DNA of 10,021 nucleotides, from NCBI GenBank assembly GCA_043732305.1, contig JAYTHU010000180.1:1-10021 (forward strand). Direction: 5' to 3'. Positions 1 through 7,653 of the stretch are shown here, piece by piece (the stretch's first letter is position 1; every line of letters starts with the position of its first letter). The notes beneath the pieces are model-generated. The model was not told the origin of the DNA, did not search any database, and saw only the letters and a program-made list of their open reading frames with translations. The position numbers were made by a program, and so were the translations under genes. This DNA is from Oligoflexia bacterium. Its GTDB lineage: Bacteria > Bdellovibrionota > Bdellovibrionia > JABDDW01.

Positions 1-700
1 TTTTTTGCCGCTCCAGGTATTTGGTGAGCTTAACGATGATTTTCGTCAGTACTTCTTCAATCTCTTTAACTGTTGGTGCAGTTGCTACCCAGAAGTCGAT
101 AGGTTCGTTTTTGTCACTCAGTTCATAGCAGCCATCGACAAAAAGTTGATGGAAGTGAATGTTCAGGTTCAGACTTCCACCAAAGCGTTGGATCAGTGTG
201 ACAGCGCCTGATTTGGAGTTCTTGGAGCCAAGGCCTGCTTTTTTACGGTAGTATTGGCTGGTCACCAGATGCGAAATCTCAAGTGCCCTTGCCATGACTT
301 TTGGTCTGACAGCCAAGCACAGCCTGATCGGCACCGGAAAGGTCAGTACCCATTGACGTATGTTTTTGTGCGGCAGTACGTGATCGACTAAGTGTGCCGC
401 TGTTTCTGACATCCGCCGGGCTCCGCATGACGGGCAGAATCCTCTTTTTTTGCAGCTAAATGCCACCAGCATCTCGTGCTGGCAACTGGTACACTGGGCC
501 CGTAAAAATCCGTGCGCCAGAATTCCACACCGAAGATACGCTTCGAACTCTTTGTTCACGAAGTCTGGTAATGGGTACCCCAGGTCGTGTTCGACTTGTT
601 GCTGGAACGACAGCCAATTGCCTTGGATCAGCTTGTAGAGTGTGGTCTTTTCAGGTTCGTGGCGTTGGTAGTGATAGGTTTGCGCACTGGGAGTCGACAT
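1..700 (-). CDS. IS91/ISCR-family rolling-circle transposase, N-terminal 233 codons (runs off the left edge)
   Basis: Manual translation from ATG at 700 is open to the window edge. It contains YLRCGILAHGFLRAQCTSC..LVAFSCKKRGFCPSCGARRMSETAAHLVDHVLP (transposase Zn-binding domain), RQWVLTFP, and GAVTLIQRFGGSLNLNIHFH (HUH motif, 149-157). It is absent from the ORF track because there is no stop inside the window. Confidence 0.95.
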   Translation of the reverse strand, partial: MSTPSAQTYHYQRHEPEKTTLYKLIQGNWLSFQQQVEHDLGYPLPDFVNKEFEAYLRCGILAHGFLRAQCTSCQHEMLVAFSCKKRGFCPSCGARRMSETAAHLVDHVLPHKNIRQWVLTFPVPIRLCLAVRPKVMARALEISHLVTSQYYRKKAGLGSKNSKSGAVTLIQRFGGSLNLNIHFHQLFVDGCYELSDKNEPIDFWVATAPTVKEIEEVLTKIIVKLTKYLERQK

Positions 701-880
701 CGGCAAGCTGTGTGCTTGCAACTGACATGGCCATTTAGGTGCGCACTACCGACGTCAGCGGTGGTGCTGTGCTCCGGAACACCGCTTAGTGTCCGCGATT
801 GCGCCCAGCACGTTCAGATAGGCGGACCTTTTGGTCGTTGGTTAAATCCCTGCTCAGGAAGGCTCGCTGGCGATGACCGA
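1..880 (-). mobile_element. IS91/ISCR-like element, upstream (terIS-side) portion; right boundary approximate
   Basis: Transposase plus a GC-rich leader (721-780 = 60% GC by hand count) that drops to AT-rich sequence after ~880 (901-960 = 35%). Inverted repeat AGCGGTG/CACCGCT at 757-763/780-786. Confidence 0.6.
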
Positions 881-905
881 TCATTGCATGTTATTCATTA
901 CTTTG

Positions 906-935
906 ATGACTTTACAACAAAGGTACTGCTAAAAT
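906..935 (+). promoter_or_regulatory. possible sigma70 extended -10 promoter for the 943 ORF
   Basis: TG-C-TAAAAT at 927-935 and a weak -35 ATGACT at 906-911 (18-bp spacing). The ATG at 943 lies about where transcription would start. Confidence 0.3.
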
Positions 936-942
936 TTCCTCT

Positions 943-1560
943 ATGTGCCGAATTACTCTAAAAGCATTTCTTATGATCATTTTTATTTTTTTTAACATAG
1001 CAAGGGCTGAAGCTCGGGAAACAGAGAAAGGGAAAATGACATCTCAAAGAGCCATCGAACTTATCAAGGCATTTGCTAAAATTCAAAAAAAAAGCTTTAA
1101 CGAAGCGTCGCTGATACCAAACAAGGATTTTGATTTAGACGTGGGAGCTGCTGGATTTCGCTATTCCAAGGAAAACCAAACGCTCATAGCTTCGGGCTAT
1201 GTTGCTTCTGGCCAAGTGGCTCTAGTAAACAAAATCGCCGGAGATAGGATTTGGGAGCGCTTTATTGGCTTTGCAAAGCTTCAACCTGCTACTTTGGGTG
1301 AAGGCTATTTAGAAATCTATACCGGCCCAGCGGATCCTGGAACAAAAAAGCCCGCTGTTTATTTATCAAAGTCTTTTAAAGATCCCTTAATTAATGAAGA
1401 GCAATTTACAAAAGAAGTTAAGTGGATTACACGCTGGGCAGTTTACTGGCGAGACGAACGATGGAATGAAATATTTTCTGCCAGAAAGAAAGACCAGCTA
1501 GAAAAAGAATCAAAAGAGGCTGAAGTTTGGGCCTTGAAAAAGCATCCTCGTCCCTGGTAG
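943..1560 (+). CDS. hypothetical protein with probable signal peptide
   Basis: 205-aa ORF. The N-terminus has basic residues, a hydrophobic stretch (AFLMIIFIFFNI) and an A-x-A cleavage-like motif (ARAEA). A strong hairpin follows. Confidence 0.8.
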   Translation: MCRITLKAFLMIIFIFFNIARAEARETEKGKMTSQRAIELIKAFAKIQKKSFNEASLIPNKDFDLDVGAAGFRYSKENQTLIASGYVASGQVALVNKIAGDRIWERFIGFAKLQPATLGEGYLEIYTGPADPGTKKPAVYLSKSFKDPLINEEQFTKEVKWITRWAVYWRDERWNEIFSARKKDQLEKESKEAEVWALKKHPRPW

Positions 1561-1617
1561 ATTTCTGTACATGATTATTAAGACTGACTACAATCCCTCG
1601 ATTAAAAAAATAATAGC

Positions 1618-1652
1618 ATCAAACTAGCTCCGCAAAATGGGGCTAGTTTGAT
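1618..1652. terminator. 14-bp stem-loop downstream of the 943 ORF (terminator-like)
   Basis: ATCAAACTAGCTCC-gcaaaat-GGGGCTAGTTTGAT with one G-U pair. There is no clear U-tract on the + strand. Confidence 0.5.
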
Positions 1653-1749
1653 TGCGAGTAGCGTGGTGGTCAGGAAAGCTCAGAGCTTTTATGGCCGATA
1701 GAGATTCCTCTAGTTCGATCTAAAAGGCGGCCTTTTGTTCACTCTAAAC

Positions 1750-1786
1750 AAAAAAATGGGTGAGCTCCACCAATAGGAACTCACCC
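1750..1786 (-). terminator. rho-independent terminator after the stop at 1796
   Basis: Minus strand reads GGGTGAGTTCC-tattggt-GGAGCTCACCC followed by ATTTTTTT, about 10 nt after the TGA. Confidence 0.85.
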
Positions 1787-1795
1787 GAAGAAAGA

Positions 1796-2018
1796 TCAAT
1801 CGTAAGTTTCGTAACCCACGACACCTTGGATTTCACGAACACTTTCTCTGGCATTACTTTCTAAATTTTCTTGAACTTTTTTGACCACGTGGTCATCCAG
1901 ATTCATGGCCTTCATTTGTGCAATCGTGTCCGTCAGTTGGCCACTACTGATGTCTTTTGTAAGCTGATCAATTTTCATTTTTTCTGCATCGGCTTTCTTT
2001 TGTAGAAATTCTTTTTTT
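1796..2018 (-). pseudogene. probable 3' (C-terminal) fragment of the interrupted serine recombinase gene
   Basis: KKEFLQKKADAEKMKIDQ...GYETYD*. It lies just outside the left IR of element A, in frame with the 4956-5106 fragment. The listed TTG start at 2074 is inside the element. A terminator follows. Confidence 0.65.
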
Positions 2019-2024
2019 CTGTAG

Positions 2025-2035
2025 ATTAGCGGCCC
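2025..2035. repeat. left terminal inverted repeat of element A (ATTAGCGGCCC)
   Basis: Exact reverse complement of 4945-4955. Confidence 0.8.
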
Positions 2036-2062
2036 CCGTCCTTGGTATTGAATCCACATCTC

Positions 2063-2084
2063 AATCTTAAACAAGCTTAAGATT
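2063..2084. promoter_or_regulatory. palindromic site AATCTTAA-N6-TTAAGATT (operator or recombinase-binding site)
   Basis: Perfect 8-bp arms with a 6-bp spacer, between the left IR and the first ATG of element A. Confidence 0.45.
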
Positions 2085-2101
2085 CTTCCGATCTTTTCTC
2101 G

Positions 2102-2476
2102 ATGAAAACAATTGTATGTTCAATATGCGCCCTAATATTTCGTGTTTGTCGAAGTTGTTTTAAAGGACATAAGTATTGTTCTGCTGATTGCAAAGTGATT
2201 GGCTATCGGCTCTGTTCGCGCAGAGCTAACCGTAAATATGATTCTTCGATTGAAGCAAAGCTGGATCACCGGGACCGAAGTAGAAGTTATAGAGAACGCG
2301 TTCGCAATGGACAATTAAATTCTATTCAAAACGTGACGGATAAATCTTCCGCTCCAGCATCTTCACTCGTAGAACATCTCTGGCGAGACTCGTGTTGCAT
2401 TGTATGCGGCAGACCTTTTGCTATACCGGAGAATTTAAATGAAAATTTGGAGCTACAATTTTTTGACACGGATTGA
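2102..2476 (+). CDS. small Cys-rich (putative Zn-finger) basic protein
   Basis: CxxC-x6-CxxC-x6-CxxxC, then an Arg-rich helix (RRANRKY...HRDRSRSYRER) and a C-terminal CIVCGRPF. Overlaps the next gene. Confidence 0.75.
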   Translation: MKTIVCSICALIFRVCRSCFKGHKYCSADCKVIGYRLCSRRANRKYDSSIEAKLDHRDRSRSYRERVRNGQLNSIQNVTDKSSAPASSLVEHLWRDSCCIVCGRPFAIPENLNENLELQFFDTD

Positions 2477-3452
2477 CGGCAAAGGAAAGCTCGTTGATCA
2501 GGCTAATAAATATTTTGAAGTTCTTGAAATTCAAGGATTCTCGCCAAAATCTATTCAGACTTACGCATTTATTTTAATTACGTTTTTTAGATGGTTAAAT
2601 AGCGATTGGGAAAAGTTCGAAGAGTTCACTCAAAAAAATCTACAAGATTTGCTAATTGATTTAAGCACGCGAGCGTTTAAGCCAAACTCAATTAATCAGC
2701 GTCTTTGCTGCGTGCGAGCCTTTTATTTTTTCTGTTTTAGCAAAAAGCTTCCCCATGCAGCAGGTGTCATTTATCCAAAGGGCTACCTCAAAGCCAAGCG
2801 TAACGGTCCACTCTCGATGTACATTCCAAGTCGAAAAGTAAATCTCGAACTGCGAGTGAAAAAGCCGACACTTATGATGAACCCGATGAAGCCACGGGAG
2901 ATTGATCGCTTCTTAAGCGACATCGACCGGTATCGAGATTTGGGTCTGACTCTCATGATGTTACTTTGTGGATTGAGGCGCCAAGAAGTGACGCTACTTA
3001 AGATGGATGATGTTAATTTTCACCAAAGTGTAGTGAAAATATTCGGTAAAGGCCGAAGAGAACGGCTGGTGCCTATGCCACATTGTTTGATGCAGGTACT
3101 TGAAAAATATCTTGAGATGGAGCGGCCCACAAAAAGCTGCGAACGATTTTTTGTTCTCTTGCAGGGAAGGCGCGCCGGCGCCCCGACGACCACAGTCGGT
3201 ATCCGAAGCCTTTTTCGCAAGCGTAGTATTCGTCTTGGGTTACCCCTTGCAAGAGCTCATCAATTCCGTCACGCCTTCGCCTCGGACATGGCCAGAGCGG
3301 GAGTACCCCTACTGACGATTCAGCGGTTGCTTGGCCATGCTGACCCACAAACAAGCCTCATCTATATCCACCTATTTATCGAAGATATTCAGGTGGAGTA
3401 TGAAAAAGCCATGAAGAAGATTGAGGCGAGATATGCAACATTTTCGAAGTAA
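2439..3452 (+). CDS. tyrosine recombinase/integrase (337 aa)
   Basis: N-terminal SAM-like region (SPKSIQTYA..., SINQRL..VRAFY) and a complete catalytic set: GLRRQE, GKGRRER, HQFRH, LGH, IY. Confidence 0.95.
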   Translation: MKIWSYNFLTRIDGKGKLVDQANKYFEVLEIQGFSPKSIQTYAFILITFFRWLNSDWEKFEEFTQKNLQDLLIDLSTRAFKPNSINQRLCCVRAFYFFCFSKKLPHAAGVIYPKGYLKAKRNGPLSMYIPSRKVNLELRVKKPTLMMNPMKPREIDRFLSDIDRYRDLGLTLMMLLCGLRRQEVTLLKMDDVNFHQSVVKIFGKGRRERLVPMPHCLMQVLEKYLEMERPTKSCERFFVLLQGRRAGAPTTTVGIRSLFRKRSIRLGLPLARAHQFRHAFASDMARAGVPLLTIQRLLGHADPQTSLIYIHLFIEDIQVEYEKAMKKIEARYATFSK

Positions 3453-4875
3453 GCCACTCGTAGATATTGCCGAAAAATATTTACTTGAACTAACCGCTTC
3501 TGGCAGGGGTAAAAATACGATCTCGCTTTACCGCGCAGCCCTTCATCATTTTTACCGATTTTTATTGCAGCAAAGGCTTACACTTTCGCAATTGAGTGAA
3601 CAAGTACTCATGGATTATGACGAAGATCTACAGCGCCATCACTTAAAGCTTGTGACCCGAAAAGCCAACATTGGCCAAGTACATATTTATCTTCGCTGGC
3701 TTGAAATGAATGGGCAACTTAGCTCAGGAATTTGCCGAAAGTTATTTCCAAATTACCGCGCCGATCTTGTTAAAGGTCAACAGGCGGAGCTACCAGATTC
3801 GGCATTAAGATTTTTAGCTGTTTTGAGTGCAAGCAGTCGGCCGAACACCGTGAATGGCTACCAATCTGGGCTTAGAGGATTTTACAAAATTCACCAATTG
3901 CGGACGAACAAACCCTATCAAATCACACGAGCAGATGTCGAAGATCACCTCATCCACCTCAAAAATACAAATATGGGTCAGAATGGTCGCTCATCACGTG
4001 TCCAACACCTAAGACGATATTTCGAGTGGCTATACGAGCATAAGTTAATTAAAACTCATCCTGACGAACTCGTTAAATCCACCGATTTTCCGAAGCATGT
4101 TGATACGCTTCCTCGTCCATATACAGTTGATGTTGATTTAGAAATTCAAAAAAGACTTGAGACTCGAGGAGACATCGATTCTCTCGGAGTTTTACTTATG
4201 CGTAGATGCGGTCTCCGAGTTGGTGAACTACGCAATTTGACTCTCGACTGCATCACCAAAGATTTTAATTCAAATTGGTTTTTGAAGGTTCCCCTCGGAA
4301 AATTAAATAACGAGCGGATTTTACCGCTTGATCCAAAAACAGTTGAAATTGTGGAGCGTATCCAAACTTTTCATTCGGGCCGAATTGAATTCGGCTCAAA
4401 CTGTAAATATTTAATTTCCAACCCGCGCGGTAAACGAAGATCCATAGCCCATTTCTCAACTGTTTTGCAAGAAACGACCAATGGGTTGGCAATTTCCGGA
4501 TCTATTCATTTACATCGACTGCGCCATTCTTATGCTACTTCACTTTTGTCGGCCGGATTAAGTATTACGACTCTCAAAACACTCCTTGGTCATCGTGATA
4601 TTCGAATGACTTTGAACTATGCCGCCGTCACTCAAGAAACTCTTCGTAACGAGTATTTTGAGGCTCTAACAAAAATCCGAGACAAATATGAAGTCACAGC
4701 ATACCCGTTAAAAACTCCCGACCTCAGAGCGGGAATGAATAGAGGATTTTATGATGCTCAAAAATACGCAAAGAAAATTGCGCGCGAAAGACCTGACGTC
4801 GATCAAGACAAAATCACTCGGCTTTGCGCTCGAATGATGACTCTCCGACAGGAACTTTCAAATTTGCTGAAGTAG
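3433..4875 (+). CDS. tyrosine recombinase/integrase with two N-terminal SAM-like domains (~480 aa)
   Basis: ATG at 3433 (track start is TTG 3421) overlaps the upstream gene. Two core-binding-like repeats (KNTISLY...YLRWL; PNTVNGY...YFEWL) and catalytic GLRVGE, GKLNNER, HRLRH, LGH, NY. Confidence 0.95.
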   Translation: MQHFRSKPLVDIAEKYLLELTASGRGKNTISLYRAALHHFYRFLLQQRLTLSQLSEQVLMDYDEDLQRHHLKLVTRKANIGQVHIYLRWLEMNGQLSSGICRKLFPNYRADLVKGQQAELPDSALRFLAVLSASSRPNTVNGYQSGLRGFYKIHQLRTNKPYQITRADVEDHLIHLKNTNMGQNGRSSRVQHLRRYFEWLYEHKLIKTHPDELVKSTDFPKHVDTLPRPYTVDVDLEIQKRLETRGDIDSLGVLLMRRCGLRVGELRNLTLDCITKDFNSNWFLKVPLGKLNNERILPLDPKTVEIVERIQTFHSGRIEFGSNCKYLISNPRGKRRSIAHFSTVLQETTNGLAISGSIHLHRLRHSYATSLLSAGLSITTLKTLLGHRDIRMTLNYAAVTQETLRNEYFEALTKIRDKYEVTAYPLKTPDLRAGMNRGFYDAQKYAKKIARERPDVDQDKITRLCARMMTLRQELSNLLK

Positions 4876-4944
4876 AACTTATTTTCTTTTTCGATCTCAG
4901 CTGGAGCTTTGCCGCCTTAATGGCTTCTCTTTGTTCCTGCGAAA

Positions 4945-4955
4945 GGGCCGCTAAT
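4945..4955. repeat. right terminal inverted repeat of element A (GGGCCGCTAAT)
   Basis: Exact reverse complement of 2025-2035. An imperfect internal copy GCCGCCTTAAT lies at 4911-4921. Confidence 0.8.
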
Positions 4956-5106
4956 TCCTGATGGACAGAGCCATGACTGCACCTAGCGATTGAGGCAATG
5001 GCCCGAAAAGTAAGACCACTTTTCAAAAGCTTTCGAATTAAATCTGAGTCTCTCATTTTTTTTCGGCCAATGAGTTTTCCTTTGGCCCTGGCATTTGCGA
5101 GACCAT
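4956..5106 (-). pseudogene. middle fragment of the interrupted serine recombinase (end of helix E, GR linker, HTH)
   Basis: GLANARAKGKLIGRKK...LLKSGLTFRAIASIARCSHGSVHQ matches the resolvase GL..A+A.G...GR motif followed by an HTH. Confidence 0.9.
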
Positions 5107-5245
5107 ATAGTATTCGTTTGCGCTTACATTCGGCGCATAAAAGTGGTTTTTTCATGGATAAAAATTCCTCTCATGAGTTTGATTTCATTGTTTAATTTTA
5201 AAAAGATTAAGAGCAGAGAGTTTTCTTTGACATTCTAAACTTGAA

Positions 5246-5270
5246 GTTTAGATTCTAAAGTGTGAGTTTA
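5246..5270. repeat. left subterminal inverted repeat of element B
   Basis: GTTTAGATTCTAAAGTGTGAGTTTA matches the reverse complement of 9591-9615 at 24/25. It includes the stop codon of the 691-aa gene. Confidence 0.85.
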
Positions 5271-7343
5271 CTTTTGAGGACGGAAGAGTTTTCGCTGGCG
5301 CCAGACAAAATCCCAAGCGTAATCCTGGGACCAGCCAAGACTCATGAGAACAGACGATCCCACTTGTTGGGTGTAGATGTGGGCACCGGTTCTTCGAACG
5401 AGCGCAGGGGGCACCTTGTAACCCAAAATAGATTCTAGCGCATCCGCAAGGATTTCATAAATCGCCAAAGTCCGGACATTTCTCCCGTGGCGGGAGTCTG
5501 ATCTTAAAACGAGAGGAGAAGTCGGAAAATTCTGTTTTATCTTTTTGTGCCTTTGTCTCCAAAGATCCAAATATCTTTTTTCTAAATCCAGAACCCACTG
5601 GGGTTCACTGGGAAGGCTAAATATTTGGTGTCTTTTTTGACGCTTGCACTGGTAAGAGATTTCATCTCGCCTTAGAATGATTTTCATTCTGTCTTCGCTC
5701 GTAATTTCAACTAAGGCATAGGCTATATTTTTAACCGTGAAGTTAAAATAAAAAATAAGACATAAAATAAACGCCTGCTCAGGACTCGAAGAAGGACTTT
5801 TTATAAAAGCTTCAATTTTTTTAATATCACCGCCGCACAAAATTTCCAGTGCCGGCTCGAGCTTTGCTTTTTCAAGTCCCTCAAAAGGATTGATAAAAGC
5901 CTTTTTTCTAAAAATGCACCAGCGATAAAATTTCCCCAAGCAAACTCTCACAACTCCGCTTCGATCCTTGGTTTCTAGGGACAAAATGTATAGATGTGAA
6001 AGATCTCTGGTTGCTAAAAATAAATCTGTAACGTTTTGAGTCTTGAGCCACTGGCCATAGTCTGCAATCATACGAGCTGTTCCATACCTGGTCTGAATAG
6101 TTCTCCTATTTCGTCTCAGTTGATCCAGATATTCTTTGACGAGAGGGAGGAGTTTGATATCCAAGGTTTCTAAAAAACGCTTAAGGTAAATCCCGTGGTC
6201 CACTTTCCGGATTGGCAAAACTCCCAACTCCTGCAAAACGTAGGAGATTTTTTCAATTACGCAACCGCCAGCGGGAACTTTTCTAAGATTTGATTCTTTT
6301 AAAAACTGCGCACGTGCCTTTGCGACATCTGTCCAGCTGAGGATTGGTTTCAATTCTCGATGTTTTAAAAAACTTATTAATAACTTGGCAGAGTCGATGT
6401 GCCGTTTTCTTACACGGTAGCGGTGGATATATTTTAAATAAAGCTCAAGAGCATACTGATTGTAATCCCATTCAAATTTTAAGCCCGTTGTTACACCACT
6501 GAGTTTTAATCTGTGCCTTTCATCAAGGTAGCAGTCGTCACATAAATTATTAGAAATCCAAAATTTCTTTAATTTTTTGCACTGAGGACAATTTTTTATA
6601 ATTTGCTCATGTGTCATACCGTCAAATGGATTTGTTTCCACCAAATTTTTTACTTTGGCCCAAGAGTAAAATCTGGAAATACTTCTCACTCTCTCTGTGT
6701 AGTGGACAGAACTGTAGCCTTTTAACTTTTCGTTTATAAATCTCTCAGCTTCACTTTGGGGGACCCGGATTTGCTGTGGCCCTACAAATTCAAAAAACTG
6801 CCTCACACTTTCTAAAATCTTGAGAGCTGAGGAGGTTGATTTGTGACCTAGACTTACCTCATTAAAAAACTCCAATAAAATCGGGCGGATCGTCATGGGG
6901 ATTTTCTCAATGAGATTATTTCGCCTGATTACCCGAGAAGAGGACCGCGGCTCTATTTTACCCAGGGATTCTAAAACACGGCCCACTCTAATAAAAGGAC
7001 AGCCATGGTTAGAGTTCCCTGAATAATGGATTTTGACCTCAGTCGATATTTTATAAATATCCTCCCAACTTCTAATATCAGGAAGTGGAGTTTTAGATAA
7101 ATATTTTGAAAACTTTTTTGCAACTGGAAGGTCAGAGTTCTTGATCCAAAGCGTTTTATAAACACTCGCGTAGAGATTAAAAAACTCTAAATTTCCCTCG
7201 GTTGCCGACGTAAAATCCATTTCTATTTTTTTAAGTGCAGCCCTATTCCAAGTTTGACTTGCGCACTTCCGGCACATGCTGTCGTGGTAGATGGTCTCCG
7301 CCTCACAGAGTTTGCAGCCGCCGCCATTATTTTTCATAGTCAC
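5268..7343 (-). CDS. large Zn-finger / integrase-like protein with degenerate catalytic domain (691 aa)
   Basis: Two CxxC..CxxC clusters and two SAM-like ends (RFYSWAK..NPFDGM; KFYRWC..NPFEGL). The C-terminal region is integrase-like with altered motifs (FNFTVKNIA, ALVRRT, LGWS). Start is GTG 7343 or ATG 7337. Confidence 0.85.
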   Translation of the reverse strand: MTMKNNGGGCKLCEAETIYHDSMCRKCASQTWNRAALKKIEMDFTSATEGNLEFFNLYASVYKTLWIKNSDLPVAKKFSKYLSKTPLPDIRSWEDIYKISTEVKIHYSGNSNHGCPFIRVGRVLESLGKIEPRSSSRVIRRNNLIEKIPMTIRPILLEFFNEVSLGHKSTSSALKILESVRQFFEFVGPQQIRVPQSEAERFINEKLKGYSSVHYTERVRSISRFYSWAKVKNLVETNPFDGMTHEQIIKNCPQCKKLKKFWISNNLCDDCYLDERHRLKLSGVTTGLKFEWDYNQYALELYLKYIHRYRVRKRHIDSAKLLISFLKHRELKPILSWTDVAKARAQFLKESNLRKVPAGGCVIEKISYVLQELGVLPIRKVDHGIYLKRFLETLDIKLLPLVKEYLDQLRRNRRTIQTRYGTARMIADYGQWLKTQNVTDLFLATRDLSHLYILSLETKDRSGVVRVCLGKFYRWCIFRKKAFINPFEGLEKAKLEPALEILCGGDIKKIEAFIKSPSSSPEQAFILCLIFYFNFTVKNIAYALVEITSEDRMKIILRRDEISYQCKRQKRHQIFSLPSEPQWVLDLEKRYLDLWRQRHKKIKQNFPTSPLVLRSDSRHGRNVRTLAIYEILADALESILGYKVPPALVRRTGAHIYTQQVGSSVLMSLGWSQDYAWDFVWRQRKLFRPQK

Positions 7344-7653
7344 TGGGATTAGGGAAGTTTTTTAATCCAATTTTTGACTTTGGAGTGTTTTTAAACGAAA
7401 GTTTTCTCTTCTTCTCACAACTCATGCTCTTTTCGGAAACTTCTAAAAAATCAAAAAGATTGCAATTTAAAGCCGAGCAAATAATCTCCATTGTAGCCAA
7501 CCTCAACATCAAGGGAGTTTGATTGACGAGCTTACAGAGTTGCGCAAGCGAGATCACGACTCCCGTTTTTTTCACAACAACTTTTTGGAGTTCCGTCACC
7601 GTATAGATCTGATGCTTCTGGGCTAGAAAAGCTTTAAATTTCCAGCGGATCAA
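7327..7653 (-). CDS. Cro/C1-type (XRE) helix-turn-helix protein
   Basis: IRWKFKAFLAQ..TVTELQ...ISLAQLCKLVN....LRLATMEIICSALNCNLFDFLE fits the HTH_26-like pattern. It overlaps both neighbours. Confidence 0.88.
   Translation of the reverse strand: MIRWKFKAFLAQKHQIYTVTELQKVVVKKTGVVISLAQLCKLVNQTPLMLRLATMEIICSALNCNLFDFLEVSEKSMSCEKKRKLSFKNTPKSKIGLKNFPNPSDYEK

Larger units (their letters stand above)
2019..4955 (+). mobile_element. Element A: two-tyrosine-recombinase transposon-like element (~2.9 kb)
   Basis: Bounded by a perfect 11-bp IR (2025-2035 / 4945-4955). Contains three overlapping co-oriented genes. Resolvase-like sequence stops at the right IR. No frame-restoring TSD. Confidence 0.8.

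Noticed and set aside
701..740. Sigma54-like -24/-12 motif near the transposase start
   Set aside because: On the sense (minus) strand the GG-GC spacing is 11 rather than 10. The plus-strand match is weak and points away from the transposase.
5..961. Plus-strand ORFs 5-211, 450-638, 460-738, 587-961
   Set aside because: They are antisense shadows of the IS91 transposase and its leader, with no recognisable motifs.
1654..1725. tRNA-like sequence (GTTCGATC resembling a T-loop)
   Set aside because: No cloverleaf, acceptor stem or CCA could be built.
2439..4875. Calling the pair XerC/XerD, an integron integrase or a canonical RIT
   Set aside because: Sizes and the doubled N-terminal domain do not fit XerCD, no attC array is visible, and there are only two recombinases inside the IRs.
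2017..4960. 3-bp TSD for element A (TTC or CTG at both sides)
   Set aside because: Collapsing either repeat removes 2938 or 2939 bp and frameshifts the rejoined gene, and matches this short are expected by chance.
4814..5155. 113-aa ORF as an independent HTH gene
   Set aside because: It is chimeric. Only 4956-5106 is resolvase-derived, and both ends are read-through into element termini.
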